Of a stretch of 32,000 nucleotides of DNA, positions 1 to 8,471 are shown piece by piece. The stretch spans positions 1,629,876 to 1,661,875 of the forward strand of contig NZ_JBHSTI010000008.1 in the NCBI RefSeq assembly GCF_042660085.1. The letters run 5' to 3'. The position numbers and the translations under genes were made by a program. Under the pieces are notes generated by a model, which worked only from the letters and a program-made list of their open reading frames with translations, made no database searches and was not told where the DNA came from. Positions within the stretch are counted from its first letter, which is position 1. Every line of letters begins with the position of its first letter. This stretch comes from Longivirga aurantiaca (GTDB lineage Bacteria; Actinomycetota; Actinomycetes; S36-B12; CAIYMF01).

Positions 1-304
1 CCTTCACCAGGGTCTTGAGCTCGCGGTTGGTCCAGTCGCCGTAGCGGCACTCCCCGACGCGGTCCTCGACGTGCAGGGCAGGCACCGGGTCCCGCCCGGC
101 GAGCAGGTGCTCCGCGGTCTCGCGGGTGCGCTCGAGCGGGCTGGTGACCACGGCCGCGAGGGGCACCGGCAGGAGCCGCGCACCGACCGCCTCGGCCTGC
201 CCGCGCCCCACCTCGTCGAGGTGGATGCCGGGGGTCCAGCCCGCGAGCACGCCGCCCGCGTTCGCCGGGGTCCTGCCGTGCCGCACGAGGATCACCGTCG
301 CCAT
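1..304 (-). CDS. Histidine phosphatase family protein (phosphoglycerate-mutase-like), N-terminal part; gene runs off the left edge
   Basis: My own reverse translation from ATG at 304 gives MATVILVRHGRTPANAGGVLAGWTPGIHLDEVGRGQAEAVGARLL..VVTSPLERTRETAEHL...YGDWTNRELKTLVK. It carries the RHG catalytic motif and the SPLxRxxxTA motif. Not in the ORF track because it is open-ended. Confidence 0.8.
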   Translation of the reverse strand, partial: MATVILVRHGRTPANAGGVLAGWTPGIHLDEVGRGQAEAVGARLLPVPLAAVVTSPLERTRETAEHLLAGRDPVPALHVEDRVGECRYGDWTNRELKTLVK

Positions 305-352
305 GCGCCGACCCTACGGGGCACGGGGCCGGGAGGCTGTCACGATGGGGGC

Positions 353-1375
353 GTGATCCGAGGTGTAGGGCTCTACTGCGACGGCACGGTGCGACCCGAC
401 GGCGTGGTGCCGATTGAGGTCGGCACGACCTTCGACGACGACGACGCACGCGTTCTCGCGTCGCTCTGGCTCGAGGCCAAGGAGGCCGGCCCGGACAGCT
501 TCGTGTGGCTCGGCCTGCGCAACGTCGAGCACGCCGAGCTCACCCGTGCCGCAGACGTGCTCGGCCTCGACGAGCTCCTCGTCGAGGACGCGCTGTCGGT
601 CACCCAGCGCGCCAAGGTCGAGGTCGACGGCGACCGCGTGACGGCTGTGTTCAAGATCCTCGGGTACGTCGAGGAGACCTCCGACGTCGAGACCGGGCAG
701 ATCGCGGTCTTCGTCGGCCCGTCGTTCGTGCTGTCGGTGCGCATGGGCGAGCCGGGCGACCTGCGCGACATGCGCTCGAGGCTCGAGGGCGACTTCGAGC
801 TGCTGCAGGCCGGTCCGCTGGCCGTGCTGCACGGCATCCTCGACGTCGTCGTCGACGGCTACATCTCCGTGGCCGAGGAGCTCGGCGTCGACATCGAGCA
901 GATCGAGGAGCAGGTCTTCTCGCCCGAGCGCACCGACGATGCCGCGACGATCTACAAGCTCAAGCGCGAGAACCTCGAGCTGCGGCGGGCGGTTGAGCCG
1001 CTCACCCCGGTGGCCGACGCGCTCGTCCGGGGGCGCCTCATCCCCATCCCCGAGGTGCTCGGGCCGTACTACCGCGACCTCGGCGACCACCTGCTGCGCG
1101 CGGCCGACCTCTCCACGCAGCACGACAACCTGCTCGGCGCGGCGCTCGAGGCCTCCCGCTCGCGGCAGGCCGTCCAGCAGAACGAGGACATGCGCAAGAT
1201 CTCCGCGTGGGTCGCGATCGCCGCCATCCCGACGGCGATCGCCGCGATCTACGGCATGAACTTCGACGACATGCCCGAGCTGCGCTGGGATCTCGGCTAT
1301 CCCGCCGTGATGATCGTGATCTTCAGCGGGATGTTCGCCCTCTACCGCGCCTTCAAGCGCAGCGGCTGGCTCTGA
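353..1375 (+). CDS. corA: Magnesium/cobalt transporter CorA
   Basis: C-terminal YGMNF (GMN) signature followed by two TM helices. GTG at 353 gives the N-terminus VIRGVGLYCDG, typical of actinobacterial CorA. The longer ORF from 71 overlaps the divergent phosphatase gene and is rejected. Confidence 0.9.
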   Translation: MIRGVGLYCDGTVRPDGVVPIEVGTTFDDDDARVLASLWLEAKEAGPDSFVWLGLRNVEHAELTRAADVLGLDELLVEDALSVTQRAKVEVDGDRVTAVFKILGYVEETSDVETGQIAVFVGPSFVLSVRMGEPGDLRDMRSRLEGDFELLQAGPLAVLHGILDVVVDGYISVAEELGVDIEQIEEQVFSPERTDDAATIYKLKRENLELRRAVEPLTPVADALVRGRLIPIPEVLGPYYRDLGDHLLRAADLSTQHDNLLGAALEASRSRQAVQQNEDMRKISAWVAIAAIPTAIAAIYGMNFDDMPELRWDLGYPAVMIVIFSGMFALYRAFKRSGWL

Positions 1376-1382
1376 CCGCATC

Positions 1383-2207
1383 TCACGTGGCGGTGACCGT
1401 CCCGGTAACGAGCAGCAGCATGATGGCCAAGCCGAGCACGATGCGGTAGATCACGAACGGTCGGTACGAGTGCGTGGTGATGTAGCGCAGCAGCCACGCG
1501 ATCACGGCGTACCCCACGACGAAGGCGATGCCCGTGGCCACGAGGGTCGGGCCCCAGGCGACCTCGCCGCCCTCACCGATCTTCCGTGCCTCGAACAGGC
1601 CCGACGCGAGCACCGCCGGGATCGCGAGCAGGAAGGCATAGCGCGTGGCCGCCTCGCGGGTGAACCCGAGGAAGAGCCCGGCCGAGATCGTGGCACCCGA
1701 GCGCGAGACGCCGGGGATCAGCGCCAGCGCCTGGCCCACACCGAACAGGATCCCCGAACGGACGTCGAGATCGGAGATCTCCCGCGTCTTGCGTCCGTAG
1801 CGGTCAGCGACCCCGAGGATGATGCCGAACACCACGAGCACGACGGAGACGAGCCAGAGGTTGCGGGCCGCTCCCGAGATGACGTCGCGGAGCAGGAAGC
1901 CGATGAGCGCGATCGGGATGGTCCCCACGATCACGTACCAGCCCATGCGGGCGTCGACGTGCCCCCGAAGCTCCGGACGGACGAGGGAGCGAGCCCAGGT
2001 CGTCGCGATGCGCGCGATGTCGTGCCTGAAGTAGATGAGGACGGCTGCCTCGGTGCCGATCTGCATGACCGCGGTGAACGCTGCGCCGGGGTCGTCCCAG
2101 CCGAAGAGCCGGCTGGCCAGCAGCACGTGGGCGGTCGAGGAGATCGGCAGGAACTCCGTGAGGCCCTGGATGATCCCGAGGACGATCGCCTCGAACCAGC
2201 CGATCAC
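1383..2207 (-). CDS. uppP: Undecaprenyl-diphosphate phosphatase (BacA/UppP)
   Basis: N-terminus MIGWFEAIVLGIIQGLTEFLPISSTAH and PGVSRSG motif; polytopic membrane protein. GTGA start/stop overlap with the upstream LLM gene. Confidence 0.95.
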   Translation of the reverse strand: MIGWFEAIVLGIIQGLTEFLPISSTAHVLLASRLFGWDDPGAAFTAVMQIGTEAAVLIYFRHDIARIATTWARSLVRPELRGHVDARMGWYVIVGTIPIALIGFLLRDVISGAARNLWLVSVVLVVFGIILGVADRYGRKTREISDLDVRSGILFGVGQALALIPGVSRSGATISAGLFLGFTREAATRYAFLLAIPAVLASGLFEARKIGEGGEVAWGPTLVATGIAFVVGYAVIAWLLRYITTHSYRPFVIYRIVLGLAIMLLLVTGTVTAT

Positions 2208-3253
2208 TCGCCCAGGCCCGACGCGTCCAGCACCTCGGCCGTCGTGCGCAGCGTCTGGATCCGCTCGTCGAGCGAGCCGGCGTACGTCGCGATCGTCAGC
2301 GTGGTCACGCCGGCGTCGGCGTACGCGTGCAGCCGCTCCTGCACCCGCTCGCGCGGGCCGATGAGCGACGTGCGGTCGATGAACTCGAACGGCACCGCGG
2401 CGCCGGCGCCGGCGTAGTCACGGTCGAGGTACTTGTCCTGCACCTCGGCGGCCTCCGCCTCGTACCCCATCCGCACGGCGAGCTGGTTGTAGAAGTTCTT
2501 CTCGCGGCTGCCCATGCCGCCGATGTAGAGAGCGCTGTAGCCGCGCATGGCATCGGCGCAGGCGACGACGTCGTCGCCGTACGCGATGGGCACCGTCGGG
2601 ACGACGTCGAACCCCTCGAGGGTCTTCCCGACCTTGGCGCGGCCGGCCGAGATCGAGGCGAGGTGCTCGGACGCGTGCTCAGGAGAGAAGAAGATGCCGA
2701 GCCAGCCGTCGGCGATCTCGCCGGTGAGCTCGAGGTTCTTCGGACCGATCGCGGCGAGGTAGACCGGGATGTGCTCGCGCACCGGGTGCACGGTGAGGGT
2801 GAGGGCCTTGCCCGGCCCGTCCGGGAGGGGCAGCGTGAAGAACTCACCGTCGAAGCTGACGCGCTCGCGGCGCAGGGCCTTCTCGACGATGGCCACGTAC
2901 TCGCGGGTGCGCGCGAGCGGCTTGTCGAAACGCACGCCGTGCCAGCCCTCGGACACCTGCGGTCCCGAGACGCCGAGCCCGAGGCGGAACCGGCCGCCCG
3001 ACAGAGTGTCGAGGGTGGCGGCGGTCATCGCCGTCATCGCCGGGGTCCGCGCAGGGATCTGGAAGATGGCGGAACCGACGTCGATCCGCTCGGTCTGCGC
3101 CGCCACCCATGCCAGCACGCTGACGACGTCCGAGCCGTAGGCCTCGGCCGCCCACGCCACGGCGTACCCGAGCCGGTCGGCCTCGCGGGCGAGGGCGAGA
3201 TTGTCGGCGTCGTTGCCCGCGCCCCAGTACCCGAGATTGATGCCGAGACGCAT
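2204..3253 (-). CDS. LLM-class (luciferase-like) F420-dependent oxidoreductase
   Basis: MRLGINLGYWG...AEAYGSDVVSVLAWVAAQTERIDVGSAIFQIPARTP...GGRFRLGLGVSGPQVSEGWHG is typical of the LLM F420 oxidoreductase family. SD GGAAGG lies upstream. Confidence 0.85.
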   Translation of the reverse strand: MRLGINLGYWGAGNDADNLALAREADRLGYAVAWAAEAYGSDVVSVLAWVAAQTERIDVGSAIFQIPARTPAMTAMTAATLDTLSGGRFRLGLGVSGPQVSEGWHGVRFDKPLARTREYVAIVEKALRRERVSFDGEFFTLPLPDGPGKALTLTVHPVREHIPVYLAAIGPKNLELTGEIADGWLGIFFSPEHASEHLASISAGRAKVGKTLEGFDVVPTVPIAYGDDVVACADAMRGYSALYIGGMGSREKNFYNQLAVRMGYEAEAAEVQDKYLDRDYAGAGAAVPFEFIDRTSLIGPRERVQERLHAYADAGVTTLTIATYAGSLDERIQTLRTTAEVLDASGLGE

Positions 3254-3424
3254 GCGGCTCGCCTTCCGAGGTCGGAGGTCCGGCTCGTGCCGGTGGTCGC
3301 CGACAGGGATCCCGCGGCTCCTCCGAGCCTAACCGGGGGCTGGGCCCGATGACGCACCCGGCGTGGCCTGGCGCCCGGCTCGTCGCGCGGGAAGCGACGC
3401 TCCGGGGCACTACTGTCGGGGCCC

Positions 3425-4402
3425 ATGGAGCTCCGTCCCCTCGGCCGATCAGGACTGCAGGTGTCCCGCCTCGCGCTGGGCACCATGACCTGGGGCCGCG
3501 ACACCGACGAGCACGAGGCCCGCGACCAGCTCCTCGCCTTCGTCGAGCAGGGCGGCACCCTCGTGGACACCGCCGACGTGTACGCCGACGGCATGTCCGA
3601 GCAGATCGTCGGACGGCTCGTCGCCGAGGTCGGCCGCGACTCCGTCGTCGTCGCCACCAAGGCGGTGTCCCGTGGTGGTGCCGCCCGCCGCTTCGACGCC
3701 TCGCGCGGGCACCTCCTGCGCGCGCTCGACGCATCGCTGGTCCGCCTGGGCCTCGACTACGTCGACCTCTGGCAGCTGCACGCGTGGGATGGGCAGACCC
3801 CGCTCGAGGAGACCCTGTCGGCGCTCGACGCCGCCGTCGCCTCGGGCAAGGTGCGGTACGCCGGCATCAGCAACTACAGCGGGTGGCAGACCGCCAAGGC
3901 AGCGGCGCTCCAGGCCGCGAAGCCCGGCGGCTCGCCGCTGGTGTCGACCCAGGTCGAGTACTCCCTGCTGCAGCGCGGCATCGAGCGCGAGGTCGTCCCC
4001 GCCGCCGCAGACGCCGGCCTCGGCCTGCTCCCCTGGTCGCCCCTCGGTCGCGGCGTCCTCACCGGCAAGTACCGGCACGGCACGCCCGCCGACTCCCGTG
4101 GAGCGTCGTCGCACTTCTCGGCGTTCGTGGCGCCGTACCTCGACCCGTCGTCGCGCTCCGTGGTCGACTCGGTGTGCACCGCCGCCGAGGGGCTCGGCGT
4201 CGCCCCGCTCGAGGTGGCGATCGCCTGGGTGCGCGACCGGCCGGGCGTGGTCGCGCCGATCATCGGGGCGCGCACGGCTGCTCAGCTGCGCGGAGCGCTG
4301 ACCGTCGAGGACCTCACGCTGCCCGACGAGATCGTGTCCGCCCTCGACGAGGTGTCGGCGCCCGAGCGCAGCTATCCCGACCACGGATGGAACCAGCGCT
4401 GA
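3425..4402 (+). CDS. Aldo/keto reductase
   Basis: MELRPLGRSGLQVSRLALGTMTWG...LVDTADVYADGMSEQIVG...LDYVDLWQLHAWD are classic AKR motifs. TACTGT sits 8 nt upstream of the ATG, so the transcript may be leaderless. Confidence 0.9.
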   Translation: MELRPLGRSGLQVSRLALGTMTWGRDTDEHEARDQLLAFVEQGGTLVDTADVYADGMSEQIVGRLVAEVGRDSVVVATKAVSRGGAARRFDASRGHLLRALDASLVRLGLDYVDLWQLHAWDGQTPLEETLSALDAAVASGKVRYAGISNYSGWQTAKAAALQAAKPGGSPLVSTQVEYSLLQRGIEREVVPAAADAGLGLLPWSPLGRGVLTGKYRHGTPADSRGASSHFSAFVAPYLDPSSRSVVDSVCTAAEGLGVAPLEVAIAWVRDRPGVVAPIIGARTAAQLRGALTVEDLTLPDEIVSALDEVSAPERSYPDHGWNQR

Positions 4403-5373
4403 GCGCCGTCCGGGACCTGCTCACGGCTGCCGCGCGCGCGGGGCACACCGTGCTGCCCGTCGACGTCGTGCTGCGCAGCTGCACGGAGTCCGACGTCGAC
4501 CGTGCGCTCGCGGACGGCGACGCGCTCGAGGTCGAGTGGCGCGGAGCGCCGGCGCTGGCCCTGATCGACCTCGCCGAGTCCGAGGAGATGCTCGCGGACG
4601 GGCTCGCGGGGCTGGCTGCGGACAACCGGCTCGCCGTCGTCGTGGGGCAGCTCGCCGTCGGCCGGGCGCAGGCCCTCGCCACGGCCCTCGGAGGGGTGCC
4701 GGCGGTGGCCCTCGACGACGCCCACAGGCTGGGCATCGACGACGTGCTGGCGGCGGTCGAGGACCTGCCGGAGGAGGCGGTGCTGGCCCTCTCGCTCGAC
4801 CCGGCGCTCCCTCTCGCGGCGGTGCCGGGCGCTGTGGCGCTCGACCTCGCGTCGTCCGGCGTCTGCCCGGTGCTCAAGGCCACCGCTCCCCCGGCCCGTA
4901 CGGCGCTCGCCCGCGCCCGCACCGACATCGCCGCGGGCCACTGGTTCGGCACCAGCCCGGACGACCGCAGCATCGTGGAGGTGCGCGTGTCGGGCCCGGA
5001 CGAGGCGCTCGTGCGCGTCGGCCAGCTCGTCGGCACCTCCATCCCGCGCGCGTTCGGCCTACCGGCCTCCGAGGTCGCCGTGCTCCTCGCGCCCGGGTCG
5101 CTCGACGCCGCTGCGGTGGCGGCGGCGCTCGAGGGCACGGGCGCCGTCGTCCCCCTGACCGGTCCGCTCGATCGGGGGTGGGACGCCGCGGTCCTCGTGC
5201 TCGGGCCGCCCGGGCCGGCGTTCACCCGCGCCCTGGTCTACGCGGGCCTCGTCGCGGGCGAGAAGCACGTGTCGGTCGTGCACGGCGGCGATCCGGCGAC
5301 CTTCACCGCCGCGATCTCCGCCTCGCCCGACCGCCCGCGCCGCACCCGCTTGGCCGCCCTCCTCGCCGGCTGA
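4387..5373 (+). CDS. Hypothetical Ala/Leu-rich protein; C-terminus faintly resembles a degenerate RecD/UvrD_C helicase tail
   Basis: High third-position GC in this frame. ATG at 4387 overlaps the AKR stop by 16 nt. C-terminal VLVLGPPGPAFTRALVYAGLVAGEKHVSVVHG resembles the helicase C-terminal LLYTAxTRA motif. No Walker A motif seen. Confidence 0.6.
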   Translation: MEPALSAVRDLLTAAARAGHTVLPVDVVLRSCTESDVDRALADGDALEVEWRGAPALALIDLAESEEMLADGLAGLAADNRLAVVVGQLAVGRAQALATALGGVPAVALDDAHRLGIDDVLAAVEDLPEEAVLALSLDPALPLAAVPGAVALDLASSGVCPVLKATAPPARTALARARTDIAAGHWFGTSPDDRSIVEVRVSGPDEALVRVGQLVGTSIPRAFGLPASEVAVLLAPGSLDAAAVAAALEGTGAVVPLTGPLDRGWDAAVLVLGPPGPAFTRALVYAGLVAGEKHVSVVHGGDPATFTAAISASPDRPRRTRLAALLAG

Positions 5374-5394
5374 CCCCGCACCTCTGCACCCCTA

Positions 5395-5419
5395 GGGTCG
5401 ATCACGGCAGTTCAGCTGC
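5395..5419 (+). repeat. Left arm of an inverted repeat flanking the DUF5703 gene
   Basis: gggtcgatcacggcagtt (5395-5412) is the exact reverse complement of 5760-5777. It extends to 25 nt with 2 mismatches. Confidence 0.85.
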
Positions 5420-5508
5420 ACGTTCTGACCCGTACTCGTGATCCTGGGGGCGGCGCGCCGTACGCCGTGCTCCCCCGCTGCACGTGCCGGCGGCGTACCT
5501 GTCGCACA

Positions 5509-5718
5509 ATGGCTGCCATGTCCGCGACCAGGGCCTCGACGTGGGAGTACCGCGAGATCACCCTGCCGCGCGGCACGGCGCGCGACGCCGCCCGAGCGGC
5601 CCTCACCGAGCTCGCCGAGCACGGGTCGTGGGAGCTCGCCCGCCTGCGCCTCTACCCGGACGGCCGACGCCGGGTCTGGCTCCGCCGCCGCGTGCTCCGC
5701 GCCGTACGCACGGCCTGA
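5509..5718 (+). CDS. DUF5703 family small protein
   Basis: WEYREITLPRGTARDAARAALTELAEHGSWELARLRLYPDGRRRVWLRRR matches my memory of the DUF5703 family, which commonly sits next to the M20 peptidase in actinobacteria. Start is either 5509 or 5518. Confidence 0.7.
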   Translation: MAAMSATRASTWEYREITLPRGTARDAARAALTELAEHGSWELARLRLYPDGRRRVWLRRRVLRAVRTA

Positions 5719-5752
5719 CCCCGACCAAGATCACGACTACGGGTCACCGGAG

Positions 5753-5777
5753 GCAGTTCAACTGCCGTGATCGACCC
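5753..5777 (-). repeat. Right arm of the inverted repeat flanking the DUF5703 gene; contains the local palindrome ggcagtt-c-aactgcc
   Basis: aactgccgtgatcgaccc (5760-5777) is the reverse complement of 5395-5412. Palindrome at 5752-5766. Confidence 0.85.
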
Positions 5778-5807
5778 AAGGGCCGAAACGTGCAGCGTCA
5801 GGATCGG

Positions 5808-7160
5808 TCAGACGGCGCGGAGGAAGCGGCCCAGCACTCGGGTGCCGAAGGTGATCGCGTCGACCGGCACACGCTCGTCGACGCCGTGGAACAGCGCGCC
5901 GAAGTCGAGCGCCGGAGGCAGCTTCAGCGGCGCGAAGCCGTAGCAGCGGATGCCGAGCGTGCTGAAGGCCTTGGCGTCCGTACCGCCCGACAGCATGTAC
6001 GGCACGGCCACCGCGTGTGGGTCCTCCGCCTTCAGCGCCGCGGCCATGAGATCGATCGACGGCCCGTCGAAGCTCGTCTCGAGCGCGATGTCGTGGTTGA
6101 TGAACTCGCGCACGACCTTGTCGCCGAGCGCCTCGTCGATGCGGGCGAAGGCCTCCTCCTCGTAGCCGGGGAGGAAGCGCATGTCGACAGCCGCCTCCGC
6201 GTGCCCGGGGATGACGTTGGCCTTGTAGCCGGCCGACAGCATCGTCGGGTTCACCGTGTTCTTGAGCGTCGCGCCCACGAGGCGCGCCATCGGCCCGAGC
6301 TTGGCGAGCGTGCCCTGCATGTCGTCGGGGTCCAGGTCGGCCCCGGTGGCGTCGGACAGCATGGCGAGGAAGTCGCGCACCGCGGGGGTCACGTGCACGG
6401 GGTAGTCGATCGCCCCGATACGCGCCACCGCCTCGCACAGCGCCGTGACGGCGTTGTCGTCGTTGAGCATCGAGCCGTGGCCCGCGCGGCCCGAGGCCTT
6501 CAGCCGCATCCACCCGATGCCCTTCTCGGCCGTCTGCACGAGGTAGAGCCGGAGGTCGTCGCGGATCGTCATCGAGAAGCCGCCGACCTCGCCGACCGCC
6601 TCGGTGACGCCCTCGAACATGTCCTTCCGGTGCTCGACCAGCCAGTGCGAGCCGATGTGCCCGCCGGCCTCCTCGTCGGGCAGGAACATGAGGACGACGT
6701 CGCGCTCGGACTGCACCCCGTTGCGTGCCCACGACCGCGCCGTCGCGAGCGACATCGCGCACATGTCCTTCATGTCGACCGCCCCGCGCCCCCAGATCAT
6801 CGGGACGCCGAGGTCGTCGTCGATCTCCGCGGCGAACGGCGGGTGCGACCAGTCGTCCGCCGCAGCAGGCACGACGTCGAGGTGGTTGTGCAGGAGCAGC
6901 GCGCCACGGGTGCGGTCGCGCCCCGGGATCCGCACGACGACGCCGTCGCGCCCCGGCTGCCCGCACGTGAACACCTCGGGGTCGTAGCCGACCTCGCGCA
7001 GGCGCTCCGCGACATACGACGCCGCCTCGGCCTCGCCGGGACCGCTGCCGTCGCCGTAGTTGCTGGAGTCGATGCGGATGAGATCCCGCGCGAGCTCGAC
7101 CACCTCCGCCTCGGCGTCGGGCAGCGGCTCGGGCAGCAGGCTCGTGCTGGGCTCGGTCAC
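5808..7160 (-). CDS. M20/M25/M40 family metallo-hydrolase (dipeptidase-like; Rv2141c-like)
   Basis: LLLHNHLDVVPA...WSHPPFAAEI...GRGAVDMKD...LPDEEAGG are M20 metal-binding motifs. GTG at 7160 is preferred over ATG at 7232, because 7161-7232 is the AT-richer promoter-like spacer next to the tRNA. Confidence 0.85.
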   Translation of the reverse strand: MTEPSTSLLPEPLPDAEAEVVELARDLIRIDSSNYGDGSGPGEAEAASYVAERLREVGYDPEVFTCGQPGRDGVVVRIPGRDRTRGALLLHNHLDVVPAAADDWSHPPFAAEIDDDLGVPMIWGRGAVDMKDMCAMSLATARSWARNGVQSERDVVLMFLPDEEAGGHIGSHWLVEHRKDMFEGVTEAVGEVGGFSMTIRDDLRLYLVQTAEKGIGWMRLKASGRAGHGSMLNDDNAVTALCEAVARIGAIDYPVHVTPAVRDFLAMLSDATGADLDPDDMQGTLAKLGPMARLVGATLKNTVNPTMLSAGYKANVIPGHAEAAVDMRFLPGYEEEAFARIDEALGDKVVREFINHDIALETSFDGPSIDLMAAALKAEDPHAVAVPYMLSGGTDAKAFSTLGIRCYGFAPLKLPPALDFGALFHGVDERVPVDAITFGTRVLGRFLRAV

Positions 7161-7256
7161 AGGCCCATCGTGGACCACGCGCCCGATTTCAGGGGTGAGC
7201 CGGTCCAGTTGTATAGTTCCGAGGTCGCGCAAGCCGGGAAACCGGCAGGCCGACGT

Positions 7257-7343
7257 GTCCGGGTGGCGGAATAGGCAGACGCGCTAGCTTGAGGTGCTAG
7301 TGCCCGAAAGGGCATGGGGGTTCAAGTCCCCCCTCGGACACCA
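7257..7343 (+). tRNA. tRNA-Leu (anticodon GAG), class II with long variable arm, CCA encoded
   Basis: Hand-folded cloverleaf. Acceptor stem gtccggg/ctcggac (one G-U pair). Anticodon stem ctagc/gctag with loop ttGAGgt. Variable arm tgcccgaaagggcat. T arm ggggg-ttcaagt-ccccc. Discriminator A followed by CCA. Confidence 0.95.
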
Positions 7344-7347
7344 CCAC

Positions 7348-7377
7348 GAAGGCCCCGACCGCGAGGTCGGGGCCTTC
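7348..7377 (+). terminator. Perfect 13-bp stem-loop directly after the tRNA
   Basis: gaaggccccgacc-gcga-ggtcggggccttc. No long U tract, which is usual in high-GC actinobacteria. Confidence 0.5.
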
Positions 7378-7488
7378 GTCGTCCGGCGGGCACCGTCGCA
7401 ACGTCCCCCGGGCGGGTGGTGGTGCCGACGCACCTACGCCCCTACCGTGGTCGCGCGGCCGCGCGGCCGCGTCACCCCGGGAGGCCCC

Positions 7489-8460
7489 GTGCTCCGTTCC
7501 ACCCGTGTCGCGATCGCCACGACGAGCGTGCTCGCCCTGATCGTGCCCGTCGCCGCTGCTGCCAACGTCGGCGCGATCAGTCTCGGTGCGCGGGGCGCCG
7601 CCACTTCGACCGCCGCAGAGGAGTGCTCCTCGGGCGACACTGCGCTGAAGGTGAGGAAGGGGGCCGGGTCCCACGACCCCAACGCGCTGAGCGCCGATGC
7701 CGTGCGTGCCATCGAGGCGCAGACCGCGCGCGCCCAGTTCGCACGCGGGCTGACCGGCGGAGGCGGCGGGGGCTTCGCGACCGCGGCAGCGACCACACCG
7801 GTGACGATCACCACGTACGTGCACGTGATCGTCAAGGCCAACGGCACGGGCGGACCGACGACGAAGCAGATGGACGACCAGATCGCGGTGCTCAACGCGG
7901 CCTATGCGCAGAGCGACTTCCAGTTCGCGGTCGCGTCGACCGACACCACTGCGAACGACGCGTGGTACACCGCCACGAACGGCACCACGGCCGAGAAGCA
8001 GATGAAGACGGCGCTGCACCGCGGCGGCGCCGCCAGCCTGAACATCTACTACAACAACATGGGAGGTGGCCTGCTCGGCTGGGCCACCTTCCCGAGCAGC
8101 TACACCACGAGCCCGCTGACCGACGGCGTCGTGGTGCTCTACTCGTCGCTCCCCGGCGGTACGGCGACTCCGTACAACCTGGGCGACACCGCGACGCACG
8201 AGGTCGGCCACTGGCTCGGGCTGTACCACACGTTCCAGGGCGGGTGCACGAAGACGAACGACTATGTCAGCGACACGCCCCAGGAGAAGAGTCCGGCGTA
8301 CGGCTGCCCTGTCGGCCGTGACACGTGCGCCCGGAATGCTGGCGCCGACCCCATCACCAACTTCATGGACTACAGCGACGACTCCTGCATGTTCCAGTTC
8401 ACGAGCGGACAGACCGCGCGCATGCAGTCGCTCTGGACGACGTACCGAGCGGGCGGGTAG
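7489..8460 (+). CDS. Secreted zinc metalloprotease, M43 (pappalysin/ulilysin-like metzincin)
   Basis: HEVGHWLGLYH (HExxHxxGxxH) and NFMDYSDDSCMFQFTSGQ. N-terminal signal-like VLRSTRVAIATTSVLALIVPVAAAA. GTG at 7489 sits 5 nt after GGGAGG. Confidence 0.85.
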   Translation: MLRSTRVAIATTSVLALIVPVAAAANVGAISLGARGAATSTAAEECSSGDTALKVRKGAGSHDPNALSADAVRAIEAQTARAQFARGLTGGGGGGFATAAATTPVTITTYVHVIVKANGTGGPTTKQMDDQIAVLNAAYAQSDFQFAVASTDTTANDAWYTATNGTTAEKQMKTALHRGGAASLNIYYNNMGGGLLGWATFPSSYTTSPLTDGVVVLYSSLPGGTATPYNLGDTATHEVGHWLGLYHTFQGGCTKTNDYVSDTPQEKSPAYGCPVGRDTCARNAGADPITNFMDYSDDSCMFQFTSGQTARMQSLWTTYRAGG

Positions 8461-8471
8461 CAGCGTCGACG

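Noticed and set aside
71-352. 94-codon N-terminal extension of CorA, and the 3349..5373 674-aa ORF
   Set aside because: The CorA extension overlaps the divergent histidine-phosphatase gene and is Arg/Gly/His-rich, while the canonical CorA N-terminus starts at GTG 353. The first half of the 674-aa ORF is an alternative frame of the aldo/keto reductase gene; only the part from ATG 4387 is credible.
305-352. A 48-bp divergent spacer between the phosphatase and corA genes, as another back-to-back leaderless promoter pair
   Set aside because: No TANNNT hexamer lies at the right distance from either start. GGGAGG sits 17 nt upstream of the corA GTG, which is too far for a good SD. There is nothing to support beyond the short spacing itself.
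7161-7256. AT-richer patch (ccagttgtatagttcc) between the M20 gene and the tRNA, as a defined promoter
   Set aside because: TATAGT/ATAGTT could serve as a -10 for the tRNA (about 40 nt upstream), but I could not pair it with a convincing -35 on either strand. It is therefore not listed as a feature.
7720-7790. Gly-run (GLTGGGGGGFATAAATT) in the M43 protease, as a repeat or slippage-prone tract
   Set aside because: The underlying DNA (ggcggaggcggcgggggc) is not a homopolymer or a perfect tandem repeat. It is most simply a flexible linker between the pro-region and the catalytic domain.
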